A DNA stretch of 63,590 nucleotides, counting the filler, from Octopus bimaculoides (lineage: Eukaryota): assembly GCF_001194135.2 (NCBI RefSeq). It is 4 parts of 4 records of this genome, joined end to end, with 100 filler letters (N's around TTAATTAATTAA, not from the genome) between each part and the next. Parts side by side here need not be neighbours in the genome. Positions count along the whole stretch, not along the records: positions 39,410 to 52,524 come from NC_068983.1; positions 52,625 to 63,590 come from NC_068982.1; 2 more parts are not named here. The stretch is one strand, 5' to 3'. The position numbers were made by a program, and so were the translations under genes. This document shows positions 40,569 to 57,522 of the stretch, piece after piece (position 1 is the first letter of the stretch; the number at the start of each line of letters is the position of its first letter). The notes under the pieces were generated by a model. The model saw only the letters and a program-made list of their open reading frames with translations. It searched no databases and had not been told where the DNA came from.

Positions 40569-42564
40569 CTATATATNNNNNNNNNNNNNNNNNNNNNNNN
40601 NNNNNNNNNNNNNNNNNNNNNNNNNNNNNNNNNNNNNNNNNNNNNNNNNNNNNNNNNNNNNNNNNNNNNNNNNNNNNNNNNNNNNNNNNNNNNNNNNNNN
40701 NNNNNNNNNNNNNNNNNNNNNNNNNNNNNNNNNNNNNNNNNNNNNNNNNNNNNNNNNNNNNNNNNNNNNNNNNNNNNNNNNNNNNNNNNNNNNNNNNNNN
40801 NNNNNNNNNNNNNNNNNNNNNNNNNNNNNNNNNNNNNNNNNNNNNNNNNNNNNNNNCAGGGTAGCAAAACAATTTTAGAAATTTTATTTACCACCAGTGG
40901 ACGAGCGAGGGTAAAAAACAGTCAATAGACTATGTATTATTCATTTAAAATACAGAGATGCCTGTAATAGGACATCTAACCCGCTAGACATAGCAGCAAG
41001 ACTACATACCACAAAAAGTAGGGATAATTTCGAAAGGGAATGAAAAATAAAAACATTTACCAATCTATATTCTGTACCATGGTTTCAAGTCAATTTTAGT
41101 AAGATAAAATTTATATATCTCACAAAGGTCGGACTATCATCGGCAGAATGACCACACAACATTCGAGATACGAGTCAAATAGAGAGCATGGTTCGTATTC
41201 GAATATCTAATTTTCCAAATTTACCGCGTATTTGCGGTTTACCTATAGATACCAGTATCTTTTCGAAATTGTACATTGTCGTTTCGTTTTCAAAACCTGT
41301 TTCTCTAACAGTTTCGCATGAATTTCAACAGCTCTACAATCATTTCAGAATAACAACAACTGTTCAGTTTTTCAACAGTAGTAAATATTTAAATTGATTA
41401 TTTGATTCAAACAGTACGCAAAGTGTCAACATAAATCATTGGAAATATATAATATTACATTATAACATATACGTATGCATTTTTGTTGTCAGATAAATTC
41501 ATTCGTTTCTTTATAATGTTATTTGAAAAAATACATTTATTATAATGTTTTACCTTTTGGAGTTGTATTCATTATCTGCGAGTATTGTTTATTGATTTGA
41601 AATATGAATACATTTTACCGCTTCTCAGGCATAAGGGGATGGAAAGCTAAGTAGAACAATTTCGACACCTGCTTTTCTGCATTTTCCTTCAAGGTTGCAA
41701 AACTGTTAAAACCGCCCAGGACATTTGTACAGTGTACAGAAAAGACCCAATTACTTAAGATATATGTTTTTGTAGTTTGAAGCTTCGCCTATGGAACTCA
41801 TACATTCTCTGAGTACTTAACGAAATGTTTAGTTTCAATGATGATCGGCTGAACGGCATCCGTCACGAGGATCCACACAGGTTCACTAACAGGATCGAGC
41901 TAATAAATATTAGGGGTACACACATTAAAACATCATACGTCATCNNNNNNNNNNNNNNNNNNNNNNNNNNNNNNNNNNNNNNNNNNNNNNNNNNNNNNNN
42001 NNNNNNNNNNNNNNNNNNNNNNNNNNNNNNNNNNNNNNNNNNNNNNNNNNNNNNNNNNNNNNNNNNNNNNNNNNNNNNNNNNNNNNNNNNNNNNNNNNNN
42101 NNTATATATATATGTATGTATATATAGTCAGAAATTACAAAGAAAAACAAAAGACCAAACGACGAAGACAGGTGTGTAAACAACAAACGGGTGTATTATT
42201 TTAACGGCCGGGAGGCTGAGAAAGTATTTTACGTTTCGAGTGCGCGTGCGTATGTATATGACAGGGTGTGTGTGCGTGTGGATTGGGGCTGGTGACCTTA
42301 ACGTCTGGGTGTATGAATGTGTAGCTGTGTGGATGATGATGTAGGTGCTGGGGAGGGTTAATGCTAGTGTGTGCAGGGTGGTGCCATATGGTGTGCTGGT
42401 GTAGTGTTGTGGAGTGGTGTGGCGATACGCGGTGTGTTGTGCGTCATGTTGTGGTGTGATGGTGTGGATTGGTGGTGTGTGGTAGTGTGTGGCGCGGTGG
42501 AGACATGATGTGGTGTAGTGGTGTCTGGTGTGGTGGTGTGTGGTGAGTGTGGTGGTGTTGGAGT

Positions 42565-42600
<36 letters not shown>

Positions 42601-43694
42601 CACACACGCACACTGATATGTTGGTAGTGTAGCAAGTCATAGTTACAGTTACCTTTTCCCTTTTTCTCCTGATACGTCTTTAGAAACATTTCAATTGCTA
42701 TTTTAGAATCCTCTCTCTTGTCATATAATCCTATCTTTTCCCGCAATCGTCTAACTCTATGATTTTCGTATGTTTCACTTTCACTTTCAGTCATTGTATT
42801 TTCTGATGCTGCGAATATCTACTGTGTGGGCGCTCATAGTATGGGCTTTCTGAAAAAATTTAAGACGTCATCAATCCAGTGAATACTTGTGTTAATAATG
42901 TTTCTTTAAATTCTATGAATGATGAAGGTTACATCATAGATAGCATTATGTAATTATTTACTTAAACATCATTACGAGTATATGAAGTTAACGAAAAGCA
43001 AAAAAAAAACTATAATAAATAAAAAAAAGTAAAAATATAAAGCACAATAAAGTATTTGTGTAGCATTGAAATTTTGTAGAAAAAATTTGGGTTAAGCAAC
43101 AAGAAAAATAATTGTAAGAAAAAATAATGAAACAAAATCCTATTTTTAATATCCTCTCCCAAGGAAACAGAAATATTTCATAACCACTCTAATTAAATTT
43201 TAACAATACGTCCTGATTTCTGCAACACTTTTTGTAATTTTTAAAATCGAATTTTGCAGGTGTTCTATTTTTACACACGCATAAACACCCACATGTGCAC
43301 AAATCATGTTTTCCTTTCAATTAGGCATAACTCATTTCTCCACATGGTTGCGGTCGGTGCATACGATGTTCAGTTTCAACAATCAATGAGAATGTTTACA
43401 GTGTTTTAGCTGCAGGGCAAATATTTTAAAAGGCAGTTTACTAAGTGGTGCCCCGCTAAACAATTGTGCAAAAAGTGGATTGGTAGTTTAATTTTTCTCG
43501 TTAAAAATACTTTTGCTTTCTTCTCATCTACCCTTACCGCAGAAGAACGTAGGCTGCATGCATAAAAGACTTCTTCCTGTCTACCTAGGTATCAGCCTAA
43601 TACACCCTGTTACTACAATGTATGTGCTTTTGTATGTGCGCGCAAGCATATTGTGTGCCTATGTATATGGATATAAATAAATTTATTTCGTAAG

Positions 43695-43777
<83 letters not shown>

Positions 43778-46482
43778 TATATATAGATATAGATATAGAT
43801 ATATACATACACAGACACATATGTATATGCATATATAGTTCAAATTTACAGAAAAACAAAAGATATATGTCTCATTCAAGACATACAATGTCATTCAAAT
43901 TCAAGAAGAGCATTAATACCATTAATTCTAAGTCTTTGATTATCAAGAAACCCCTGCCCTTCGATGCCCATATATTTAAATTTAAATTTATTTCCAGATT
44001 TCAGATGTAGTTTTGATATAATCATGCTTGACTGATTTAAAGACGTTCTCAAACTGGGATCAATAGCGTTTTTCTTTAACTATGCTAATATTACCCAATG
44101 CTCTTGTCGTTTTGAAAGGTGCAGTTGTGTAGTTTGTGTCAGATTTGGCTTCTATTGCTTCCAGATTACTCAGGCTCTGTGACTGTTAATTTCTTATGAA
44201 AGGGTGCAGTATTTTATTTCACTGATACATTTCAATATAGAGACAAATTAAATTACTCATACTTTCCCGATTCATTTTCCCATTTTTCTATAAATTATTT
44301 TATTTGTTTATGCCTATATAAAATCACTCTATTCGTTTAGCTGTATTGTTGAGGTGAAAAAGCTACAAAATATGATTGTTTCCTTCAATTAACCCCCATG
44401 TATTTCAAGTATGTTTTCTATGTATACGTGTGTGTGTGTGTGCGTGCGTGTGTGTGTCTGTGTGTGTAAAAATTGAAGGACCCCCTAGAGATTGCTTTCC
44501 TAACAAAATTTATATTTGTCAGTTTAATGCATAAATTTATTTAATATATTTCGCTATGTTAAAATTTCCAAGGTAACGTGCTATACAGCATATTAAGTAT
44601 ATTGAAACACTAGAAATTGTACAACTTATAATTTTTGTTGCAAAATATGCAATTTTGATTCTCTCTGCCCTCAAGATCAACCAGAAATCGAATGAATATT
44701 ATTGAAACAACTTCCCGATCTATGCATTTAACGGTTTATAAAACGATAAAAGAAATTTGCAGAGACGTCTTATGTCGTATAGACATCCCTTCTTTTACAT
44801 AGTGATACTTGTTTTTTTTTTGCGTCTAAATTCATTGTTAGGGAAGGATATTCGGTAAAGCGCTGTTGGAAGATGCTAGCGAAAACAGTAAATTTGATGT
44901 CGTGGGGCATTTCTTGGTTGAAAATACAATTTCCGTCGATTTTCACTTTCTTCGACAAATAAAGCTGTGATCCCGTTACTAGTAGTAATGAAATGGAAAA
45001 GCGGTAGATACTAAAAGTATTTACCATTGTTTTGCTCCAACACATTGGTGCTTAGTTATTAAGTGAAATATGAATCCTATAACCTTGCAACAATAAAGTA
45101 ATTTAAAAGTTAAACTGAATATAATGTGAAACAAAATATCAAATATGGAATAAAAAAACAGATGTGTAACAATTTTAAAATAACCATTATATCTCCTTTG
45201 TTCCTGAGATTCTGAATGCAGTTTTTCAATTCTGTTATTTTGTTATAATTTTCTCTTACACTCTCACTGTTATCACTAAAAACTAGTTCATAGTCCACTG
45301 TCCATCCTCCTATTTGTATCTCCTGAGTTTCCCTCTCATACCGTAATGTACTGGATATTAGTGTCATCATATGTGCGCACTTTTTATCTTTTAATTTTGT
45401 CTAACATTTTCTAATTTTGTTCCATCGTTTTTGGCTGTATCATTTCATTCCTTTGTCTATGGTATCAACTCATCGCTTTCGCTCCATGGTGATGTTTACT
45501 TATACACGAATTTAGGTTAACATTTGCACTTCATAAACGTTCGATTTTCCTTAGTTATAGAAAAAAAATATTTCTGTTTACCATTAAATATACAGAAAAA
45601 TATCACTTTCACACAGGAACATTTTACATTGTGCTAAGGAAAACTCTCACATTTTGTTTCAATAGAGTGCTGTTATATATGAAGTGATGATAAAATTTCT
45701 CGTGCAAAATATTAAAGAAGTGTAAAACTGATAACGTAAAGTGTGAAGAAATTTTACAGTGCAAAATGTTTGCAAAAATTTGGGGACATAGTGAATGATA
45801 AAAGAAAATTGGAATACATTTCTTGTCGTAATATTGTCTGCTATAGCATGACATGAAAAGTATTTTCCATGTAAAAAGTGAATTCGTCTTCCATGAAAAT
45901 GGAATCATTAACTGTATTATTCTTAGAAAATGAAATTATGTAGAAACGAAAGTAGTTCATAATGATAGTAATGTAAATGGTGGACGGTAGAGTGCCCGCT
46001 AGTTAATATCAATCCTCTGCTATCATTAAAGCCTTATGAATGTTTGTATAATAATGTTTTTCAGTAAATCTATTTAATGGAATTTATGTTGTTTTATACC
46101 TCTTAAAAGGATGTATTTGAAGTACTACGACTGAAATAGGCTACCTTCGTATATCCTCGATACTGAAAACTGATAGAGTTGAACAATTATTTAGAATTCT
46201 TTAATCTCTACAGTTGTATAATTATAAAATTATATCTTTATATCCACAATGAAACTGATTTACAATTTTGCGACATAAAATCTACTACCTTTGCTTGAAC
46301 CAGCTGCGCAAGAATGCACCTGCTGCGAAAGAATGACCATATGCTGTGAGAACTATAATAATATTCTAAATATTTACACGTGTTTGCATATCTGTTTGTA
46401 CAGGAATGCATTTGCAAGGAAGTTTCTGTATGTCTAGTTATACGTGTACTCTATCAACATAAGCTATCATTATATACTGTCA

Positions 46483-46521
<39 letters not shown>

Positions 46522-46585
46522 NNNNNNNNNNNNNNNNNNNNNNNNNNNNNNNNNNNNNNNNNNNNNNNNNNNNNNNNNNNNNNNN

Positions 46586-46876
46586 GTGTACATTTAAACA
46601 CATAAGATGTATCCGTCATAGGATTCCTTGCACGCTAGAAGGAACAGCTAAAATCCAAACCACTATTAGGGATAAACTTCGAAGGGAATGAAAAATACAA
46701 ACATTTAACATCTTTCTCTTGAACCAAGCTTTCAGACTTTGTTTAACAAATAAAATTGTGTTTTTATTTTTCATTCCCTTCGAAGTTTATCCCTAATAGT
46801 GGTTTGGATCTTAGCTGTTCCTGCTAACGTGAAAAGAATCCTATGACGGATAACTCTTATGTGTTTAAATGTACAC
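46586..46876. repeat. Long inverted repeat: 117-bp arms (46586-46702 and 46760-46876) with a 57-nt spacer
   Basis: Manual alignment of the left arm to the reverse complement of the right arm gives about 8 mismatches in 117 nt. Confidence 0.9.
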
Positions 46877-47044
46877 TGTATTTATATGAATGATATATAG
46901 TCTATTGACTAAATCTTTTTACACGCTAGGCCACTGGCAGAAGAAATTTCAGAAAATTTATATTACCCTGATGTTATTAATTATATATATATATATATAC
47001 ACATAAAACCTTCACGCATTAAACTGAGAGAAAAATACATTCGA

Positions 47045-49910
<2,866 letters not shown>

Positions 49911-49939
49911 TGATGATGATAATAATAATACTAATAATA

Positions 49940-49977
<38 letters not shown>

Positions 49978-51398
49978 AATGATGATAATGATAATAATAA
50001 TAATCATCTCTGATTTTATTGTATTTAATCTGTAACTAATGATCGATAGCAATATCAATTAAAACGATTGACGATTAATTTGACATATTTTATGCAGAAA
50101 TTTGAAATTTAATATCGATAATATTTTAAAGACGTTTTTGTTTTATAATTCATACAGGATTCCACAAGTTTTATTTATCAGCAAGTTGACATATTTTTGA
50201 TTGTCATAGATGGATTATAGCCTTTCATGAGTTATGTACCTTTGTTGTCCTTAGTGCATATAGTTATGTTAAAAAAACATCTTTTTACTTCTAGCTCAGT
50301 TTTACATCTCACTGAGGAAATCTAAGGCGAATAGTTTCTTTACATATATATAAAAATCTTGTATGTGATTAGTAATATGTTTTGCATTGTATATATTTCC
50401 TTTGCTATGAGATGTAATATGATGGACTGCTAGAAACTCAGAGCTAGTGGGCTTCTTTCGTTTAGAAATATCCCTCAGTTCGGATTTTGAAATTCTTGTG
50501 CATATTCGAGAAATTACGTTTGATTTAATGTGTAGTGGATTTTCCTCTATTGTATTATACGTGTTGGTATATTCAGAGGAAAATACCATGATACAAGAAT
50601 ATATAACACATGCCGTAACTTCTTTATATTTTGATATACATTAAAAGTCATAAATATACGCCACAGTCTCAGTAGGCTGACTAATTGTGCGCTTCCTCGT
50701 AGTTGTGTTTGTTTCATTAAGTGTGCAATGATTTTATTTTGAACCAGGAGATTATTTTTTAAACCTGACTTCGTTATTGCTGGAAATATAGGAAATGACA
50801 CAAGACTAAGCGATGTTTATTCTGTGTTTCCTCGTCGACAGTTGTTTGTTTTCCATTTAAAAGCGCCAGCGCCTCCATTTACACATCAAACCTGTAACAC
50901 TTATTTTTAAATAGGCTAATAATCACACTCATCTAAATAAAAAAAACAGAAGCACGAACATACAAACAAATACGTAGGTATAAGTTGATTATATACTATA
51001 TTAATTCTAAATCGCCTTCGTGCATGCTCTTGGAAAATGTTATGATGTGTTACTAATTATGTAGATAATTTGTTTAATATTCGTATTAATACAACGATAT
51101 TTAAGAAGAAAATAACATAATGATAATAACACTAGCTAACATGAAGGTATAAACAACTTTCAGGAAAGTAATTATTTAACGGATTCATTTTCACTGATTA
51201 CAACGTAGAAATGAATTACTTAAATAGATTCCAATGGGCGAGGTGTAGAGTAAACGTTTGATTTAGAAAACTGGTAAATGAAACTTCCATTTCAATTAAC
51301 ACTCAACATTACATCATATTATAGATACATATACATAGAGATATGCATACGTGCATTCTATCTAATTATCTATCTATCTATCTATCTCTCTCTCTCTC

Positions 51399-51447
<49 letters not shown>

Positions 51448-52245
51448 NNNNNNNNNNNNNNNNNNNNNNNNNNNNNNNNNNNNNNNNNNNNNNNNNNNNN
51501 NNNNNNNNNNNNNNNNNNNNNNNNNNNNNNNNNNNNNNNNNNNNNNNNNNNNNNNNNNNNNNNNNNNNNNNNNNNNNNNNNNNNNNNNNNNNNNNNNNNN
51601 NNNNNNNNNNNNNNNNNNNNNNNNNNNNNNNNNNNNNNNNNNNNNNNNNNNNNNNNNNNNNNNNNNNNNNNNNNNNNNNNNNNNNNNNNNNNNNNNNNNN
51701 NNNNNNNNNNNNNNNNNNNNNNNNNNNNNNNNNNNNNNNNNNNNNNNNNNNNNNNNNNNNNNNNNNNNNNNNNNNNNNNNNNNNNNNNNNNNNNNNNNNN
51801 NNNNNNNNNNNNNNNNNNNNNNNNNNNNNNNNNNNNNNNNNNNNNNNNNNNNNNNNNNNNNNNNNNNNNNNNNNNNNNNNNNNNNNNNNNNNNNNNNNNN
51901 NNNNNNNNNNNNNNNNNNNNNNNNNNNNNNNNNNNNNNNNNNNNNNNNNNNNNNNNNNNNNNNNNNNNNNNNNNNNNNNNNNNNNNNNNNNNNNNNNNNN
52001 NNNNNNNNNNNNNNNNNNNNNNNNNNNNNNNNNNNNNNNNNNNNNNNNNNNNNNNNNNNNNNNNNNNATATATGTATATATATAGACACAAATATTTATA
52101 TACATACATATGCATGTATAAATGTATATGCACCTATTTATATATGTCATATGTGTATATAATTATATGTGTGGGGGTGAGTCAATCATCTTTTCATATG
52201 TAACAGCATGAATATATACAAATATAAATACGTGTGTCTGCCTGC

Positions 52246-52305
<60 letters not shown>

Positions 52306-52637
52306 ATTTGTGGTTGTCTGCCAGAGTTCATACATGCAACCGCAAACACTCGATTGCTGCTCACTTATACATAGAAACATTCACGTATACACACCTATAG
52401 TCATGTATATGCAGACCGATATAAAGGTATAATGTTATAAACTGACACGACACAAATATGTCTGTAAAGATTCTACAGTTTATAGGCTGTCACAAAATTT
52501 TCCTATATATTCATTCACATATACNNNNNNNNNNNNNNNNNNNNNNNNNNNNNNNNNNNNNNNNNNNNTTAATTAATTAANNNNNNNNNNNNNNNNNNNN
52601 NNNNNNNNNNNNNNNNNNNNNNNNCGTGCGTACATAC

Positions 52638-52691
<54 letters not shown>

Positions 52692-53314
52692 TAGTGAGGG
52701 ATTATTAATCCCGGCAAAATACACCATAAGCTCTCTGTTGGCACACCAGGCTAGCAACATTGTTTAGATTAGTAAAGAACTCCAAGTTTTCTTATGGCAG
52801 GGTCCGAGGTTATAGTTTATCACCATTCTATATTGTAAATCTTGATCAAAGGTCATTAAAATTTCAGCACTTTCTGATAATATTGTTCAATCTGGTTGTG
52901 TTGGCAACGTAAACTACTGGGGTGTAGACGAGCGGACACGATAGACAAATAAGGGGAGAAAATATTGAGTCAAGGTCAGTAACAGAAAGCGATAAGTAAA
53001 AGAAAATAATATTTGTCGGTCGAACAGCAAATAAAAACGAGTTATGAGAAGAATGGGAAAAATACAAAATAAAGCAAACGTAGGCAAGGATATGAAGAGA
53101 AAATAGTGTCTGTAGACAGAACGGTTATTAAATATGAATTGTGAGGAAACAGAAAAATAAAAGAAACAAAAGTACGTATACCTAGAATGCCTTTAAAATT
53201 GGCAACAAAAATTAAATCAACTTCTGTGAAGTAATGCTAATAGGATAGTGTGCTTTCTGGTCTTCAGAAACAAGATAAAAATAAAAGAAAAAAATTGTAA
53301 AGGTAGACAATCCT

Positions 53315-53455
53315 TAGCATAATGGTACAGAGCACTCAGCCGGAATTGAAGAGGTACAGGGTTCGATTCTCGTTACCGGCTTGCTCACCAAAGAAGAAGG
53401 CGGTGCCCCAGCATGGCCGTAGTTTAGTGACTGATTCAAGTAAAAGATAAAAGAC
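53315..53455 (+). mobile_element. Short SINE: tRNA-like head joined directly to the family tail
   Basis: tagcataatggt (A box) ... gggttcgattctc (B box), then aaggcggtgccccagcatggccg...caagtaaaagataaaag. Confidence 0.6.
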
Positions 53456-53998
53456 GAATCTAGTGCTCGAAAAGAAGTAAAAGGCCATTTCATTTGTCAG
53501 TTTAAACAAGATGAAAGTACAAGAAACAGGAAGAAGACGGCCTTGTGGTATCTTCTGGTGCTGAGGAGGAGATGCAGACAGGAAGTGAGATTATCAAAGG
53601 AAGGAAGGTGGAGGATAAAAGGACGGGTGAATAGAAAGATAGAGATGTAAATGGATAGATAGGTGCAAAGATGGAAGGATGAGTAAAAAGATACGATAGA
53701 AAGTTAGACGGAAGCAAACAATGAAAGGCAGGTAAGTACAGAGAGCAGAGATGGAAAGATAAACACAAAGAGCAAATGCTAGAAGTCGGAGAGAAAGCAA
53801 TGGTAAGAAGAAGTATAGACAGAGACAGATTTGGGAGATAGACACATAGACAGACAGACAGATAAATGTATATATATATATATATATAAATATCACCGAT
53901 AAATAAGTTCTTCACCGATAATGGTGTTTACATACCGAAGGGCTTGGTAAAAATTATTAATTATTAATTTATTAATAAATTGATAATCCTTTACCCTT

Positions 53999-54077
<79 letters not shown>

Positions 54078-55604
54078 CAGAAAAGTCGTTCCTTATTAGG
54101 AAATAACTAGCGGCTGGGAAAATATGTGCTCGTAGCGTTACGATTATTAATGAAAGATGGCACATAAGGACCACAAAGTATTTTACGGGAAATCGAAAAA
54201 AAAAAAAAAAGCATACATCCAAAACGAATGCAAACTCGCTCAACACTCATCAGCTGTTGACCTAATTTTTATTATAATTTTGACACCTCCCCACAATATT
54301 GTTCGATTTGGTGGTACATACAACGTAATCTCTTGGGCTATAGCCGAACGGACACGATAAATGAACAACGGTATATTACATATATACATACATACATACA
54401 TACATGCATACATACATACATACATACATACATACATGCTTACATGTATGCATCCATCCATCCACACGTACATATATATGTATGTATGTATGTACATACA
54501 TACATACATATGTGTGCAGGTATGAATGTATGTATGTATGTACGTATGTATGTAGGTATGTACGTAATGTTTGCAAAAAAGCGATTGTCTGGCTTCATAA
54601 TTACACCCATAAGTTGAACTCAACCATATAATCAATACCTAAGACTGAAAAAGACACTTCTGAAAAAGCCAATGAACAGTCAAACTTTGAAATCACTGTC
54701 AGCTTTTTCTTGCAAAAATACATCATTTACGTGTGTCTGTGTGCATGTGTATGCTCACGTACACACACACACACACACACACACAACACACACATAGGTA
54801 GTCAAATGTAATCTATCTATCTATCTACCTATCTATCCATATAAGAAGTTCTTCATATATAACTTGCTATACTCCCGAACACCCCTCATATTCTAATGTA
54901 ACACGTCCTGCCTTTCACTTAAATCCCGTAACGTTTCTAAGAAAACTATTTAATTTACTGTGGGAAAATTCTCTCTATTTATTGTAGATGTTCTGTATTT
55001 ATTCAATGTCGTCTGCCCAGTGATTGTCAGGAAAGTTTAAATCAAAGCAAGAATCTGCAGGGGGCTCAGTGTTGTCCATTGACCCTACGAAATGAGAATC
55101 TTAACTCTTTTATCTGCAAACCTTAAAAAAAATTCCTTCTTTTATGTAAATTTTCTGTCCTCTTTCTAGGGAATCTACTGCATGAGTAGCCAAAACAAAC
55201 ACTGTATTTGTCAATTGCCTTTGATCTAAGCTTTTGTGTTGAAATAAACTGATTTAGTAATATATATTTTATCAATAGCTTTAGTTCTGTTGTGTGAAAA
55301 TAATAGATGATTAATTAATGTGAAGTCAAAACCGAAGTTATTTCGGTATGTAATGCCCTAAATACAGTCAAGAATAAGTTCAATTTCTAAGGCACCAAAG
55401 TATATAGTATAACAGAGGTTCCTGATGTTAGCGCAAAAGTTAGTACATGTAAAGAGAAATGCTGTATCTTCAAAACTAGAGGTGACAGGTGAAACTGATG
55501 ATATAATCAGTGCCCCAAATATATTAATGAACATGTCTAGCTTGTAAGGCACCAAATGTGTGCAGGTCAGTGTCATTGTAATCAGGTACGTCATCACGAT
55601 GATT

Positions 55605-55710
55605 ATTCAAAATGGGAGTGTGTCGTCAGGATGCAGAGGGGATGGCACGGGACCGCCAGCGTGAGAAGACTCTGGTGGACCTAGTCAGCTATACGCATGA
55701 TGATGCCTCT
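55605..55710 (+). mobile_element. Possible RTE-like 3' tail
   Basis: KMGVCRQDAEGMARDRQREKTLVDLV resembles A.DR..WR.LV. The match is short. Confidence 0.3.
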
Positions 55711-56118
55711 AGGGCCACTAACTTGGAATGACGCCAGCCACATCAAGCAAGAGCATGAAGCCAGGCCAGCCAAGCCAGTATGTCACCGAACGTGATAGGC
55801 AAAGTTTTACGGTTCAATGTCCCATATTATCTAAATCTAGTTTCAGATATAATTGATTATATGTATATAAATTGGTCATTGGAATGACCAATTTCAAAGA
55901 CTATTAGATTTTACTCATAGGGTATTGGAATCTTAATAATGGATTTACAAAGGCAGTGGCCAATCTTAAAAACAATTAGATTTTACTCACAAGGTATTGG
56001 AATCTTATATGTAGAACATTCTGCCTAAACAATGGATTTAAAAATACAATATCCCTACATTCATTCTCTATTTCCTATCTAAACTAAACTAACTATTACT
56101 TAATCATCCTCTCACACC

Positions 56119-56166
56119 GTCTCCGGTGAAGGGATATAATAAATATCATGGAAACAGCTGTAAGAC
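56119..56166 (+). ncRNA. Degenerate hammerhead fold (fourth family)
   Basis: GUCU CCGGUGA A GGGAUA uaauaaa UAUCAU G GAAA CAGCUG UA AGAC. Stem I is GUCU/AGAC and stem III is the palindrome ACAGCUGU. The core and stem II are mutated. Confidence 0.45.
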
Positions 56167-56667
56167 ATTCTATTTATAAATGTTCTATATTATACACAAC
56201 CTTGGTTTTTTATCTCATTACGAAAAGTAAATCTTTATATATATATATATATATATATNNNNNNNNNNNNNNNNNNNNNNNNNNNNNNNNNNNNNNNNNN
56301 NNNNNNNNNNNNNNNNNNNNNNNNNNNNNNNNNNNNNNNNNNNNNNNNNNNNNNNNNNNNNNNNNNNNNNNNNNNNNNNNNNNNNNNGTGCGTGCGTGCG
56401 TGTATATACCACTGGTATGCATATGTAGGAGCATTTATATCCTACTCAATTATATTTAATAATGTAATTAGATACCAAAGAAGCTTAAAATTAGCAACTC
56501 TGAATTATGTTCAGAAGTGGGTTATATAAGTTTAATCATATGTACAAAAAAACCTAATTTTTTTTTTAAATGTCTAAATCAATGACAATTATCGATAAAA
56601 TTATAATTTTCCTCATATTTACAATGCTTATATTTGCTTGACAACAACAAAACAGCACCAAATAACC

Positions 56668-56840
56668 GTTGCAACTTTTGTCACAAGGTCAGCAGTTTTA
56701 GGGGTTTTGACTGGTGCCTTGTTTTATCATTTCCAAAAGAATGAAAGGCATAGTCGAATTCAGCGGAATTTAAACTCAAATAGAAATACTGCTAAGCATT
56801 TTGTCGGACGCGCAAACGATTCTGCCAATTCGTCACCTTC
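56668..56840 (-). mobile_element. Deu/Nin-like SINE, degenerate
   Basis: gaatgaaaggcatagtcgaattcagcggaatttaaactcaaa...gctaagcattttgtcggacgcgcaaacgattctgcca. Confidence 0.7.
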
Positions 56841-57476
56841 TTCATCTAAAATCTTATTGAACTTAATTTGATTTGATTTTATTTAAAACTGAAAATAGAT
56901 TAAAACTGTTAATACCTTCCATACAAATCTTAACTCTTTTCCCAAACAGAATAATAACTCTCCTTCGTGATATAGCCTTTAATTAATTATATTAAGTAAC
57001 CTCCGGTAGAAATCCAATAAGTCTAACAAGGAATTCTTACAGAAACACAAAGTCAAAAGTTTAAGGAGAGGGATTAGTCGATTAAATAGATCAGACCACG
57101 TTACTTTATTTTAGTGAACTCAGAAGTGAGAAAGGGAAACTTGATCTAAGCGGGATTAGAACTCGGATTACAAAGAAATGAAACAAATATTGCATAAAAT
57201 TTTCTCCGATACTCAGACAATTCGAAAAATTCACTACTCTGGTACTCAGAGATTTCGTATATATTTTCAGTTCTCATTCTTTGCACACCACAAATTCGTC
57301 AACTTTGAATGAAATTGCTGAGTCTAAACGTATATGTCTCAATTATTAGATACTTGGCCCTTTTATTTCTAAACTTCGAGTTCTTTTACAGTTCTATATT
57401 TAAGAGATGAGGAATTATGTACATTATTTACATTATTTACATTCGACGGGTATTTGTCCTCATCTTGTTTGTTGTT

Positions 57477-57522
57477 AACACAACGTTTCGGCTTATATAC
57501 CCTCAAACCTTCTTCAGGTGTC
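57477..57522 (-). ncRNA. Minimal type-I hammerhead ribozyme fold in a Penelope-like short repeat (57370-57576)
   Basis: GACAC CUGAAGA A GGUUU gagggUaUaU AAGCC GAAA CG UU GUGUU. Stem I is GACAC/GUGUU, stem II is 5 bp, and stem III is the palindrome ACGU. Confidence 0.7.

Noticed and set aside
45110-45370. 86-aa ORF with a coiled-coil-like stretch (also ORFs at 37371-37562 and 50302-50589)
   Set aside because: No recognisable family; the length is within chance for AT-rich DNA.
53315-53385. tRNA gene
   Set aside because: A and B boxes are present, but there is no complete cloverleaf and it runs into a SINE tail, so it is a SINE head.
53911-53950. CCGATAA-T-GGT..ACC-GAAG hammerhead-like remnant
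   Set aside because: Both core boxes are mutated and there is no stem I; too degenerate to call.
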